Translations under genes and position numbers: made by a program
Assembly (NCBI RefSeq): GCF_009914755.1
Contig: NC_060933.1
Reading direction: 5' to 3' (one strand)
DNA from: the human T2T-CHM13v2.0 reference genome, Homo sapiens
DNA: 64,000 nt
Part shown: in pieces, positions 1-20,341 of the stretch
How positions within the stretch are numbered: position 1 is the first letter of the stretch
How the letters are laid out: every line of letters begins with the position of its first letter
The notes under the pieces: model-generated
Databases searched by the model: none
Told to the model about the DNA's origin: nothing
The model's input: the letters and a program-made list of their open reading frames with translations, nothing else

Positions 1-354
1 CTCCCTGAGCTGGGGGCTGAGTTGGGTTTTATAGGAATAGGGTAATGAAGTGTTATCTGATTGGGTCTTGTGATGAGATGATGCTGGGAGGCATGATCTG
101 ACTGAATCCTGCCATGGGGTACCACAAGGGCTCCATTTGATTGGATCCTGGATCTTGCCATGCAGTGTCCCCTTTTTAATCCAGTCCCACTTCTTGGGCT
201 GAGCACTTAAGTCCCGCCCATCATTGCAAGTTTGGTTCATTTGGGCATGTTCAGGTTATGGGAACTTCAGCCTGGGAGTCCATGGCAACTGAAAAACTAT
301 TCATAACTTTTTTACATAAAAGTTGAAGAACCAGACTGGTTTTGTGTGGTTACA
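1..354 (-). mobile_element. ERV LTR, LTR47-like, cut by the window start
   Basis: Reverse complement starts TGTAACC...AAAACCAGTCTGGTTC and has CCAATCA repeats and a TATAAAA box; resembles the LTR47 consensus as I recall it. Confidence 0.6.
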
Positions 355-357
355 CAT

Positions 358-455
358 TCACTTAATAAATGACTGAGCTGGAATTTGAACTCAGGCAGTC
401 TGGCTCTTGTCTGACTCCAGCGCCCAATCTCTTAGCCAATATGCACTATTGCCTG
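358..455 (+). mobile_element. MIR fragment
   Basis: GAGCTGGAATTTGAACTCAGGCAGTCTGGCTC MIR core motif. Confidence 0.7.
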
Positions 456-541
456 TGATAGAGATATTATTTTTGGTTATTGGGATAATGACAGCCAAGG
501 GAATCTATAGAGTATTATTCCACAAAAATAATTCTAAATAC

Positions 542-845
<304 letters not shown>

Positions 846-2397
846 CTAAACACATTAAATTTCTCTATAGGATAACTTATTATTTTCTTAATGCTTGACA
901 TAATTTATGCCAAATAAGCTCAGTGGTTAAGCAAAAATATTCAGATATTAAGAAATATCATAAATCATTTAATGCTGTATTAAATACATATAATTTAATT
1001 GTCCAAAAGTATTTTCCTGAGTGAAAAAATGATGGTGCAAATTTTGGATATTATAAGACAACTTGAAGAAGAGTAGAGTGCAGAAAGAAGTTATATTTTA
1101 GGTGGGCTAGAATAACATAACATTTATGCAATAGCCCCAATTTGTGATATAACACTTCATAAAAATGTTCAACAGTTTACAAGTGCTTTATCTGAAAACA
1201 ATGGAGAATTAATAGCATAAACTGGGAAACTTACTTTATGATTAACAAAGTTTTTTTAATGAAAATGATTAAAAGTAGACTAAATTGTTTTAAGTATTTC
1301 TTTTTCATTCAGCATTCAATTGCCAAGTCATTTCATTCACAGTTTTTAAGGATGTTCTGAAAATTCTGGCATAAGACCCAGGAGATGAAATTATTTGCCA
1401 AATGTTGATGTATTATGGGAAAAAATGACTCTGTTTACAACTGTAGCCATGTGAAAATTAAAGTTATTTAATCCCAATTTCAATTAGCCAATTATGAGAC
1501 AAAAGCAAAGAACTAGTGAAATACTACAAAACACTTTTTTGATATATTATACAATTAAGTTATCATTTTGCACCAATGGATAAGAATAGGGTTGCCATAG
1601 GGGTTCATCCTAATGCTAGGAAGCAGACCATAAAATCTAAAATTACTGGTAGAATTTATAGAGAATAGACTCTGACATTAAGATGTAACACAATTTAATT
1701 GAGTAGCACAAATATAATTGTCTTGCCTCATGGCTAAGTATCTCTGTAGAACTGCAATTTTAAAAAATGAAACCCAGCCAACAAAGGCAAGTAAAAAGTC
1801 CATAAGAATTATGAACTCTGTCAAAGTGAATACAATAGAAGACTCTCAGTCATAATTCTTTAAATCCTTCTAATTCCTTGATATTCAATATCTTTAATTG
1901 CCATAAGGCCCTGAGGTTGCTCCCTCTTAGCTATTAAGCTGACCTCCTACTAATATGTAGCTCTTTGCTGCTTCTCCCTCTTGGTCTTTATTTTCTACAA
2001 GCTGACCTCTCAGCCCTTTTCAAATGAAAATTGACCCATTGATCCTATGCTCTTAGAAAACCTTCATGTACTTCAACCCCTTCTCCTGGTCCTATATATC
2101 AAAAGGCCAAGTTCTAGGGGTCTGTAGTCTCTAATAGTGTGATGATATGGCTACCCTGAGAAGCAACATCTCATCCAGGAAACCCTGATCAGCATTTTTC
2201 TCTGCAAGTGGCGTCGCAGGATTGTGAATTGTAAACAGATAAAAGGATTCTTAGTGGTACCTCTGTCAAGCTCATTACACATTCCAGAATCAATCAAGTC
2301 TCCTGCTAGCATTTGAAGAATATCACCAAAAAATTGGTAGCTGCGTTGTTTCCTTTGGACATGCAAGTAGATAACTATCAGTAACTACCAATAATAA

Positions 2398-3115
<718 letters not shown>

Positions 3116-5228
3116 AACTGTAAGTACAGTCAGCTTCACTAGATCACATTTTCTATTTTGAGAGCCCATTTTGAAAATTTTAAAAGCTTTGAGATTTTGA
3201 ATATGATCAAAAGTACTGAGAACAAAGAAAATTCATTTGGAAAGACAATTGGTAGTCTGCTCACAAATGAATAATCTGGGACACTTAATAATATATCTGA
3301 GTTTTGTTCTACGTTAATCAATAATGTAGGTCCTGGCATCATGGAGAATAATTGCACTTTGCTTCTGCAAACTCCTAATAAGTGTTCTGCCAACAGGCAG
3401 GAAAGTAGGGTTTTCTACCGCAATGAAATCTGCAGCTTTATGTCTTTAATCCCTGTGGTTTCATAGGAAGGCAGTTCTTTCTATAGGATAAAACTTGAAG
3501 AACATGACTGCATTCAGATTTAAGACAAAAAAAAAAACCTAAAATGGAAAGAGTATTAAAACTATGTCAAAGCATATGATATTGATGCCTCAGTGTTCCC
3601 CAGTGTTCCTGAGTTCAACAGAAAGTTCTAGTAAGGTTGACAGATTTCCATCTCAAGAGTCTGCCTTGTCACTCTTCCCAGGGAAGAGTTTTGCATAGAA
3701 GATTGGACACATGCAAAAACAACCCAGAATTACATGTGTGTGGCAGGAAGAGGGGACAATGTCCCTGGAGGTTACATCCAACAAATGCAGGATAGCAATC
3801 AGTGGACAGGAAGATTCTGAGACACGTTCCATGGGCTGTCTCAGAGAGTCCCCAGAGGGATTAGCTACATAGCAAATAATACCCCACAGTGGTGACTTTT
3901 CACATTTTAATTTGCCAATGCGTTTATTGAATCCTTTTATCTGTGTCCTCCTAATATGCTCTGGGAAAGAGGTTGAGGTTGCAAATCCCCACAACCCCGT
4001 TTGAGTTTTTGATGGAACAGCTGCTGTCCACTTCTGATCAACTGAGGCCCTAGAAAAGGCATGTAAGTCCTACTCCCTCACACTTCTGTAGTGTCACGTG
4101 TATTTGTCCTTATAAACCTGAATCAATCTGGAAATTCATTGCCAAACATAAGGGTTCCAGGAAGTCTAACTTTATCAAAAGGACTTTAATGAAATTAATA
4201 AAAAGTAGAAACTTTTAAAAATATTGATCTGTAAACTGCTTAGGACAAAATATGTATAAAACTAAACTGAACTATTAAACTTTACATTAAAATCTAGGGA
4301 GTAATAAACATCATTTACTATTTAATTTCTCAAATGGAAGTGACATATTGTCATTGATTCGCAACAGTGAGTGTGGTATCAGAATCGTTTCTGGAATCTT
4401 TTCAAACTATACCTCCCTGCTGGAAATTCTGTTATATCCTCAAGTTGTGTTTCAGAAGGCAGAAACTATTTCCACAGTGAGGCACTATTTCGGATATATC
4501 ATCCCTCAAGAGGAATATGTACAGGGAAAAGAGAATATGTACACTTGATAATGAATATATGTTGTCTGATTTAAAAAGTGTGCAGGTTATTAAGTTGGTA
4601 AGTTAAAGATAATATATTTATCCATTATTTAATATGTTAGTAAAGGTAATTATTTCAAAATTAGAGTTAAAAAGTTTAAATTTATCACCTATTTGAGTAT
4701 GTTTAACATACACACACACACATGTATATGTATATATATAATTATATCAAGATTAACAGCTTATAAAAATCATTTCAAAATTTTGGTCTTCAAATATAAG
4801 TTGTGTGTTTTGGTCAGGATCTTCAATCATTTATGGCAAAGGTTTCTCACTTCTAAGACTTCCTCTTGCTTTGTTTGTTTAAAGTATCATCACCTATAAT
4901 AGGTATCCAAAACTAATGTCTAACTTTTGCTGTAATTCCTAGTTTTCTCTAAAATTCTGGGTCTTCCTTTTTCCTTTTCTTTTGTTTTCTTTTCTTCTTT
5001 TCTCTTCTCTTCTTTTTCTTCCTGTCTCCCATTCTTCTTTTTTTTGTTGTTGTTTTTGTTTTATAAATTTAAGTTATGAATTTATGGGAATAAAGCTGTT
5101 AAATGTTGTTCGTATCTAAAGGTCTTTGGGGTTTCTCAGATAGCTACTGGATAACGCTCTACTCACATTATTCAAGAAGAAATTTGTAAAGTAATTAGAT
5201 ATGTTTGATACTGTCTATATTCTGATTA

Positions 5229-5350
5229 TCTCAACCACTGTATGAGGTCACTAGATCCCATGCCCCAGAGCCTCTGTGCTGTGATTTAGATGCCCAAAAG
5301 ACTGTGTGTTTGTTAAGCGAACATTACAACAACCCCCAAGTTAGGCACTC
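5229..5350 (+). pseudogene. ERV pol fragment (RT thumb)
   Basis: Translates SQPLYEVTRSHAPEPLCCDLDAQK...LQQPP, matching gamma-type AxPLYE...EPLxW...LxxPPxLG; cut by the L1 insertion. Confidence 0.7.
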
Positions 5351-11071
<5,721 letters not shown>

Positions 11072-11411
11072 TTTCTAATGAAAATAAACCTTCTCCATTA
11101 TTTGTGCATAGAGATAACATTTTGCTTTATGGTTTAAAAATTGATCACAAGCTCATTGCCTACATTAACATTTCTCTTGACCTTGTGACTAAGGTTTATT
11201 CACTTTGTTTAGGTATAGTGGTAGCCCAGCTGATAAAGTCTTAGCAGACTTCCCTCAGCTCACTCTGTATAGGGTCTTTGACAAGAGTGTCATTAGTATA
11301 GAACAACACATGGCACTTCTAGGAAAACAACATCATTGCTTATATAATCTTTTGTTGGCTACTTCCCCAGAAAACCTTTAAACTCTGCTATTAACTAAAT
11401 CTAGCTACTGA
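11072..11411 (+). pseudogene. ERV pol fragment (connection/tether domain)
   Basis: ORF track NENKPSPLFVH...HKLIAYINISLDLVTKVYSLCL matches KPFxLFVHE...RPIAYxSxxLDPVxxxxPxCL; ends CTAAATCTAGCTACT (LNPAT-like). Confidence 0.75.
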
Positions 11412-12665
11412 TTGAGGGAAGCAGTCTACCATGAGCCTTGCGTAGTTCTGAAGGTTCTTGCTGGGTATGTCAAGAATGCAAGTCTCCTTACTTCACACCT
11501 ATTAGGATAATTAATATCAAATGAACAGAAAATAATGAATGCTGATGAAGAGGTAGAGAAACTAGGGCCTTTATGATTACTGGTGGGAATGCAAAATGAT
11601 AGAGTTGCTGTGGACCAGAGTATGGTGATTTCCCAAGGAATCAAACACAGAATTACCATATGACCCAGCGATTCCTCCAAAATTAATTGCAAGCAAGGAC
11701 TCAAACAGATATTTGTACATCAACATCCATATTAACATTATTCACAGTAGCCAAAAGTAGAAACAACCCAAGTATCCATTGGCAGATAAAGAGATAAAAT
11801 GCGGCATAGACATAGAATAAAATATAATTCACCCTTAAAAAGAAAGGAAATTCTGCCACATGCTACAATATAGATAAATTTGAAAGACCTTACACTAAGT
11901 AAAATAAGGTAGACACAAATGGAGGTATATTTTATGATTCTACTGACATGAAGTACTCAGAGTAATCAAATTCATAGAAACAGAAAGTAAAATGGTCATT
12001 GCCTGGGGCTGGGGGGAGTAAGGAATTGATAATTAGTGTTAATGGGTACAGAGTTTCAGTTCTGCAAGATGAAAAAAATTCTGGAGATGGATAGTGGTGA
12101 TGATGGCACAACAATGCAAGTGTGCTTGCCACTGAATTATACACTTAAAGTCATTAAAATGGTAACATTTCATGTTATGTTTATTTATCACAGTAGAAAA
12201 TTTGATATGTAGATGTAGACAAATAAGAATAAATACCTGTGCCAAAAGGGAAAAAAATTTAAATGTGAGGTTCTGAATGCTCTTTTTCCATACCATTTCT
12301 CTAGGTTGTATTTCTAGCAGCAACCTTGAGAGGTGAAAAAATGTTTCCCTTTGGAACGTTAAGCAGACTTGTCTACTGCTTAATGTAAAAGCAGTACATC
12401 CCCCAAGCTCAGTGTTTCTTTGCTGCAATACAAATTTATTATAGCATGTTCACCATTGACTTGGATTCCTCTGCTTTATCCTTGTGAGATTTGGGGGACA
12501 AAGTTGACTGATACAACATGACACTAATGCTAGCAATGCCGTGAGTAATGAAATGTTTGTCTCTGATCCAGGACTGTTGTGTCTTCCCCCTATTCATGAA
12601 ACAGTAACAGACTAACTTATTAGCTTATAAATGGGGTAAAATCTCAGACACTACATTTCCTTGTT
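11412..12665 (+). mobile_element. LTR40-like ERVL solo LTR split by an L1M 3' fragment
   Basis: GGGTATGTCAAGAATGCAAG at 11463-11482, resumes ~12270 and runs to GGGGTAAAATCTCAGAC. Confidence 0.65.
11483..12260 (+). mobile_element. L1M (L1MB-type) 3' fragment
   Basis: ACAGAATTACCATATGACCCAGC, AACAACCCAAGTATCCATTG, GGGTACAGAGTTTCAGTT. Confidence 0.85.
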
Positions 12666-12669
12666 AATA

Positions 12670-13850
12670 TAGGTGACTATTATTTGTGTCTACCAACTAT
12701 TGAAACTTTAATCATGCACTTTTGGGACTAATGTTCCTCTACAGAACCTTGATGTAATATTAATGTGATCCAGGTATATATTTTACAGTATAGGCTATAA
12801 TTTTTGGATATCTATTATAGAATCTGCCATTTTACCAATGCTTAGTTCTTCTCAAATGGTTAAACTGATAGGTCTAGTGTAAGCATACAACCCTGCTATA
12901 GCTTTAAGGCTTAGCTACCACAAGTAGAGTAGATATTCCTCTGAGACTTTTTATGAATGTAACAAGCTATGATAACAAAGGAGTTCTCTAATTTCGCTGG
13001 GTACTTCAATCAAACACTGAAAATGATTAATGACTTTGAGGGCAACACAATATTCAAAATGAATCTTGGTTATTAAAATGATAGGCTATAATTTAGTTGA
13101 CATATTAAAAACCACAGAGAACTTTCTAGATGACTACTGTATAAAAGTAGAAGCCCTTATTGGTTTTTCCACCAACTGGTAAAACCAATTGCTCAAACTG
13201 ATTTTATTAATCCAAAATACTTTTTCAAATTTCAAGAAAATCACAAAGAAAATTTCTTGGAAATAACTTATTTGTACTTAGCATAACCAAAGATCAGTTA
13301 CCAAAGTGTAAAGTTTTAAAAGTCATTTACCAAAGAAGAAACTTTTCATTTTAATTAAAGCTTTTGTTTGAGCTAAAGTTTTACTCCTAGATAAAATGTT
13401 AATGTGATCTTGTCCCAAAATGCTCATAAACTCTCATTTTCTAAATGTTACAAGAAGGTACGTGACTCTTGGCTTGAATCCTGCTCTGACAGATTCCATA
13501 TCATTGAATTTGTATCCTGTCAAGTATTTACAAAATTAATATATGTGCAGAGTCATGTGCACAATTAATACAAAATGTATTTCCAAGAGGGATATGATTG
13601 GACGTATCCCTCCAAGAGAATGAGTTTATTGGAAGAAACACACTTAGCATTAGAACTATGCTACAAAAAGCCATTTTGATTAATTTTTTAATCACAAAGA
13701 ATCTGTTTAAGCTCTATGAAAAACACTAGAGAAGACATGATTCTAAGGATAAAAGTGTTTAGGGTCCTATAATCTGGACATCCAGACCCATGTTAAATCT
13801 GACCTAGAGGCCTATTAAAAAGCCTCCAGAAGCAGACAACTTCCAGTAGA
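12670..13850 (+). pseudogene. ERV pol fragment (RNase H, probable integrase)
   Basis: ESAILPMLSSSQMVKLIGLV at ~12820 matches SAQxAELIAL; PLQNLD upstream; integrase part very decayed. Confidence 0.6.
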
Positions 13851-14687
13851 GATATTCCTTCAAAAGTCTATAGATCAGGAAGATGACATTAAAAGTACAT
13901 TCAGTCATATGAAGCTTTCACTCAAGATATTTCAGGTAAAACTTCATGATCAGAAAAACATGCCCTCATTTTGATTCTATTTTATCACCTGGACACCCCT
14001 CTTTTTCTCACTTTCTTCATTTTGTCTTAGTTCAAGGTATTAGGCTATGCAAATTGAAATCCCAGTCATTTTTCTCATTTTCTTGACTAATTTCATTCTG
14101 ATAAACCCTGTGAACTCATTGCAACTTTCCAGAATATTACTAATGCTAAAGCATCTAGACGTTATGGCTAAAATGCAGGTCCTCAAAATTAGCTGCAGTT
14201 GCTGATATTTTTTTAGAGCCTCATGAGAAAGATAATGGCATATGGAATTAATGATAAATTATGACCAATTATTTTCTCATAAAGCTACACAGAAATCATT
14301 GCATGTTTTTTCTAAACTCTGGGATTTTATTCTGAATACAAAAATTAATTAAATTCAGGTGACATTTGATAAATAATAGTGACTATGAAAAACATACTTG
14401 TGTCTCCACAAGACATACTCTTGGAATTATTATTATGAAGAAATCATGATTTTCTATAATCATATTCAAACATAAACATTGTTTTGGACATCGTGTTCTG
14501 GCCTTTCCATTTACTGAAACAAACCATTCAGTTGCTCATATTTTATTGAATCAATGTGGTAGTTTATAAAGAGGGACTCAAGACATCAGAATTTATCATA
14601 TATATGTACATGTATACATATGCGCTCCATTTTGTGTGTGTATGTGTGTGCTTGTGTGTGTAGGTGTGAGTGTTTTTGTGTAGGTGT

Positions 14688-16474
14688 TGAGAGGTGATAG
14701 CGTGCTGGCAGTCTTCAGAGCCCTCGCTTGTTCTCGGCACCTCCCCTGCCTGGGCTCCCACTTTGGCGGCATTTGAGGAGCCCTTCAGCCCCCACTGCAC
14801 TGTGGGAGCCCCTTTCTGGGCTGGCCAAGGCCGGAGCCCTCTCCTTCAGCTTGCAGGGAGGTGTGGAGGGGGAGGCACGAGCGGGAACCGGGGCTGCGTG
14901 TGGCGCTGGCGGGCCAGCTGGAGTTCTGGGTGGGCATGGGCTTGGCGGGCCCCACACTGGGAGCAGCCGGCCAGCCCTGCTGGCCCCGGGCAATGAGGGA
15001 CTTAGCACCTGGGCCAGCGGCTGCGGAGGGTGTACTGGGTCCCCCAGCAGTGCCGGCCCACCGGTGCTGCGCTCAATTTCTCGCCGGGCCTTAGCTGCCT
15101 TCCCACAGGGCAGGGCTTGGGACCTGCAGCCCACCATGCCTGAGCCTCCCACCCACTCCATGGGCTCCTGTGCAGCCCGAGCCTCCCTGACGAGCACCGC
15201 CCCCTGCTCCACGGAGCCCAGTCCCATCGACCACCCTAGGGCTGAGGAGTGCAAGTGCACGGCGCGGGACTGGCAGGCAGCTCCACCTGCAGCCCCGGTG
15301 TGGGATCCACTAGGTGAAGCCAGCTGGGCTCCTGAGTCTGGTGGGGAGGTGGAGAGTCTTTATGTCTAGCTCAGGGATTGTAAATACACCAATCAGCACC
15401 CTGTGTTTAGCTCAAGGTTTGTGAGTGCACCAATCGACACTCTGTATCTAGCTGCTCTGGTGAGGACGTGGAGAGTCTTTATCTCTAGCTCAGGGATTGT
15501 AAATACACCAATCAGCACCCTGTGTTTAGCTCAAGGTTTGTGAGTGCACCAATCGACACTCTGTATCTAGCTGCTCTGGTGAGGACGTGGAGAACCTTTA
15601 TGTCTAGCTCAAGGATTGTAAATACACCAATCAGCACTCTGTATCTAGCTCAAGGTTTGTAAACACACCAATCAGCACCCTGTGTTTAGCTCAAGGTTTA
15701 TGAATGCACCAATTGACACTCTGTATCTAGCTGCTCTGGTGAGGACGTGCAGAGTCTTTATATCTAGCTCAGGGATTGTAAATACACCAATCAGCACCCT
15801 GTGTTTAGCTCAAGGTTTGTGAATGCACCAATCGACACTCTGTATGTATCTAGCTGCTCTGGTGGGGCCTTGGAGAACCTGTGTGTGGAAACTCTATATC
15901 TAACTAATCTGATGGGGAGGTGGAGAACCTTCGTATCTAGCTCAGGGATTGTAAACGCACCAATCAGCGCCCTGCTAAAACAGGTCACTCGGCTCTACCA
16001 ATCAGCAGCATGTGGGTGGGGCCAGATAAGAGAATAAAAGCAGGCTGCCCGAGCCAGCATTGGCAACCCGCTGGGGTCCCCTTCTACAGTGTGGAAGGTT
16101 TGTTCTTTTGCCCTTTGCAATAAATCTTGCTACTGCTCATTCTTTGGGTGCACGCTGCTTTTATGAGCTGTAACACTCACCGCGAAGATTTGCAGCTTCA
16201 GTCCTGAGCCCAGTGAGACCACCAACCCACCAGGAGGAACGAACTCCGGACGCGCCACCTTAAGAGCTGTAACACTCACCGTGAAGGTCTGCAACTTCAC
16301 TACTGAGCCAGCGAGACCACGAACCCACTAGAAGGAAGAAACTCTGAACACATCTGAACATCAGAAGAGACAGACTCCAGATGCGCCACCTTAAAAGCTG
16401 TAACACTCACGGCGAGGGTCCGCGGCTTCATTCTTGAAGTCAGTGAGACCAAGAACCCACCAATTCCGGACACA
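14688..16474 (+). mobile_element. LTR12C (ERV9) solo LTR, complete
   Basis: TGAGAGGTGA...CCAATTCCGGACACA termini, 4-bp TSD GTGT, CpG-rich U3, tandem CCAAT repeats. Confidence 0.95.
15340..16045 (+). promoter_or_regulatory. LTR12C enhancer/promoter array of ~40-bp repeats with about 11 CCAAT (NF-Y) boxes, a GATA site and an AATAAAA TATA-like box
   Basis: Repeated CACCAATCAGCAC/CACCAATCGACAC units; CAGATAAGAGAATAAAAG at ~16023-16040. Confidence 0.8.
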
Positions 16475-16545
16475 GTGTCAGTGTGTGTATGTGTGTGTGT
16501 GTGTTTGTGTGTATGTGTGTATGTGTATGTTTGTGTGTGTAGGTG
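16475..16545. repeat. (TG)n imperfect microsatellite; the other half lies at 14633-14687
   Basis: TG runs on both sides of LTR12C. Confidence 0.9.
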
Positions 16546-16552
16546 TTTCTAC

Positions 16553-16740
16553 CTTATCCAAGTTGTTTCCCAACTAACATACGTGATCCATAATTTATCC
16601 TTGACTATGGACTACGCAGTAAACAAAGCACTTCAGGTTTTAGAAACTCAACAGAATAGCAGCAACGTGTTGACTAGGATAGTCCTAAATAATAGATAAT
16701 TGGCAATTTAATGTCCTTCCAAGAGAAAATCTTCACCATA
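16553..16740 (+). pseudogene. ERV env TM remnant (heptad repeat into the immunosuppressive domain)
   Basis: VIHNLSLTMDYAVNKALQVLETQQNSSNVLTRIVLNNR*, matching gamma-type QxSLNSLAxVVLxNRxALD. Confidence 0.75.
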
Positions 16741-16927
16741 CCTGAAATATCTGGAATCTGAATAAACATTAGGTAAGTAAAATTGATTTAATTGATCTTA
16801 GGAGTTATTTTTCTCGTTAAGCTAAACCCAAGAAAAACTTAGATGCTAAGTGAGCTCCAAATATTTCTTAAAATACTTGGGATTATTCCCAAACTTTTTA
16901 TCTTTTTTAACCTTCTCATTATCTTGA

Positions 16928-17226
<299 letters not shown>

Positions 17227-18369
17227 TATCTTGATTCTTATATCTTGCTTCACAGCCGTAACCCTGACCTGACATTCAACTCATAATACAGTGTTGAAGA
17301 AAAAAAAAAAACCTCTATAGGAAAAATCTGTTCATCTAGGAGCTGGATTTTAACCAAAGAAAACAGGGATATAAGATCTATTTTAAAGGGATATGATGCA
17401 GTCTGATTTAATTGTGTTCAGAGTGGCAATAGAAGGAGAGTGGCACGTAATGCCTGGACACAGTTTGTCCTAGCGGAACTGTCGAGCCTTTTCAGATAAT
17501 CTAGAAATAACTGAAAGTTTTCTCTGTTGACTATCCCAGAGACTGACCCCTTAGTGTCCCTCTTGTCAGTCAGTATACTCAGGATAAAGAAAACTAAACT
17601 CATTTTTCAGACTTTTTTTAAATGCCTTTGCCCTTTTGTTTTATAAATCCAATTTTTATCTCTGATGATAATCTATTGATTGTTCTCCCACATATATTAA
17701 AATTGCTTGTTGATAACTAAACTGACATGGAGTTATTTTTGACAACACAAAAATGTAGAGTACAATACAGTTGCATTTAAAATCAATAAGACAAGTGTAG
17801 TCTATTATTATTTAGGGACAAATGTCTGGTTTGTTTGATAAAAGTAATATTAGACTCCTACCTCCCGCAATTTAGATATATAAATTGCAGGTAAATTTTT
17901 ATAATTTTACATATATTTGTCAGAAGAAAACAGAAAAATATAATAAAGTTCAAATACAAATTATAAATCTTTATGCCATCTGTCCCGCCAATTAGAAAAA
18001 AGTCATAAAATTAAATGAGATGTTGAGTGGAGGACTGCCTCAATACTTTCTGCTTAAGATGTGTGTCTAAGACAAAATGGTAGCTAAAGATAGAGATAAA
18101 AAGGGTTACTGTGCATATAATGGACAACTTACAGCATTTAATAATAAATTTAACCTTCAGAAAACACACATCGAAGTTAATATTTATATTCACAAACTTG
18201 ATGATTGAAGGTACTGTGAATTTCACACTATTTGAATATGATGGCAGAGTTAAGAGATTATAAACCAGTCTGAAATATTACTTAAATGTGACTGTCTCAT
18301 CTGCATGCAAATAGCAGTTATTTTTTACATTCCTCTTTTTTATTTTTCTAAGGCCAGAAATTAAATATT

Positions 18370-19567
18370 TATACATGTAAGAACTTGCTTTTTTCCTTAA
18401 CTCTCCAAGAGTATTCTTATCTGGTTTTATTAGAATAATACGGCCTCTGGGAGCAAAGATACCACCTAGCACTCAGCACTGGAAGTCAAGGTGGAGAATA
18501 TTTCCAAGGCAACCATGACCTTCCCTTTGGTGCTATGTTACACAGTATGGAAGGTAATTCAAACAGTACATAACATCAGCATGCTGAACATCAAGAACTT
18601 GGCTTCATTGAAGGTGTCAGGCAGGCTCCTGGCCAGGAAAGCCAAGATGAAGCTCCCCAGTGCCAAAAAGGTCAAGAATCCCAGAACAGAGTGGAAGGCA
18701 AAGAATACCTCATCATTGAGAGTCCTGATGGCACTCTTTGATCCCATGCCAAATTCCAGAGAGTTACTTGGATAAGGAAACAGATGAAAATAACTGTGCT
18801 AAATACTCCCGGTCCCCAAAACCACTTTGGCTTTCTCTCTGATGCTGTAGCCTTACAGGCTATAAGCACAGTGATAGTTTTAGCTAACGCAGTTGAAACA
18901 ACCACAGTAAAAATGATTCCAAATGTTGTCTGTCAGAGGTTACAAGTGACTGTGTTTGTACAGCCAGTGAAGAGCAAGGAGCAGAAGAAAACAGACAGAG
19001 AGATGTCGCTGAGAGTCTTGACTATGAGTGTGTGTATGTGCTTCACAAAGATCATAAGAACCATGGCTGTATTAGTCCATTTTCACACTGCTGATAAAGA
19101 TATATCAGAGACTGGGTAATTTATAAAGGAAGAGAGCCTTAATGGACACACAGTTCCAGGTGGGTGGGGAGGCCTCACAATCACGGCTGAAGGTGAAAGG
19201 TACGTCTTACCATGGCGGCCTGCAAGGGAGCACGAGAGCCAAGCGAAAGGGGAAGCCTTTTAATAAAATTATCAGATCTTGTGAGACTTAGAACAGTATG
19301 GGAGCAACTGCGCCCATGATTCAATTATCTCCCACCAGCTCCCTCTCACAACATGTGGGAATTATGGGAGCTATAATTCAAGATGAGATTAGGGTGGGGA
19401 CACAGCGAAACCATATCAATGGCAGTGAGGACAGAGAAACAGAGAGCTATGCTGGCCAGTGCTGTCCCCAGTGCATCTTCAAAGTCCAGGAAGGTCACAT
19501 CTCTGTGAGGCAGTGATCGCTCTCACTGAATACTGGTTGTCTGGGCATTTTGCACATTCATTGGAGT
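18370..19567 (-). pseudogene. V2R exon 6 (end of cysteine-rich domain plus 7TM), split by THE1
   Basis: Acceptor TTTAAAATCAG|ACTCC; [41 protein letters not shown]...[50 protein letters not shown]. Confidence 0.93.
19068..19418 (-). mobile_element. THE1B/C MaLR solo LTR inside V2R exon 6
   Basis: TGTATTAGTCC...AAACCATATCA termini, 5-bp TSD ATGGC. Confidence 0.92.
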
Positions 19568-20220
19568 CTGATTTTAAAAAGTCAAAAGCTTATTGTCTCA
19601 AGTTCTGAAATGCTTCCTTTTTCCACAGGACTAAACAATGATAACATTAGTCATCTTAAAGCACATTGTCCACCTATTCTCCATACTTCATGAAATTATA
19701 AGATTTTACAAATTAACTCATTCCAGTTTAGCAGTATTTATCCCCCTTGTCATTTATATGAAGAAAGATTTTTTTTAATCTTTTACATAGATGTGCATGC
19801 TACTCCTATTTTTTATCTGATGATGAGACCATTACAATCTTTAAGACATTCCAAATATCTATTTGGCAGGCTAAGCCTTAAATTTGTTCATTTATACAAG
19901 AAATTTATTCGTTTACACAAGAAAGCTTTAACTGGCGAGCCAGACCCTTAGTTGAATTCTAGAAATACTGCAATGACCAAGGCATACTGCTTTTTTCAAA
20001 ATTAAAAAAAAACACCCCCTCAAACTCCCATTAGATTGACCATGAGACATTAAGTTGCACTGGTCCAGAATCTGGGCATTACTCATGATTTTTTACTTCA
20101 CAAAAAAACACAACTAATACATCAGCGAATCCTCTTCACTCTCCCATCAAAATGCTTCCTAATTCTAATCACTTCTTGTCACTTCCACTTGGCCGTCCTG
20201 ATCTAAGACAATGTAATCTC

Positions 20221-20341
20221 TTTAGTAGAGACGGGGTTTCACCATGTTAGCCATGATGGTCTCGATCTCCTGACCTCATGATCCACCTGCCTCGGCCTCC
20301 CAAAGTGCTGGGATTACAGGCGTGAGCCACCGTGCCCGGCC
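20221..20341 (-). mobile_element. AluY-type left monomer only (3'-truncated)
   Basis: Begins abruptly at TTTAGTAGAGACGGGG; no right arm, tail or TSD. Confidence 0.85.

Noticed and set aside
14694-15369. Longest ORFs in the track (213, 181 and 100 aa)
   Set aside because: They lie entirely in the GC-rich U3 of LTR12C, where stop-poor frames are expected
15340-16010. Regular repeat array that looks superficially CRISPR-like
   Set aside because: It is the known LTR12 tandem enhancer array; no unique spacers, and the context is eukaryotic
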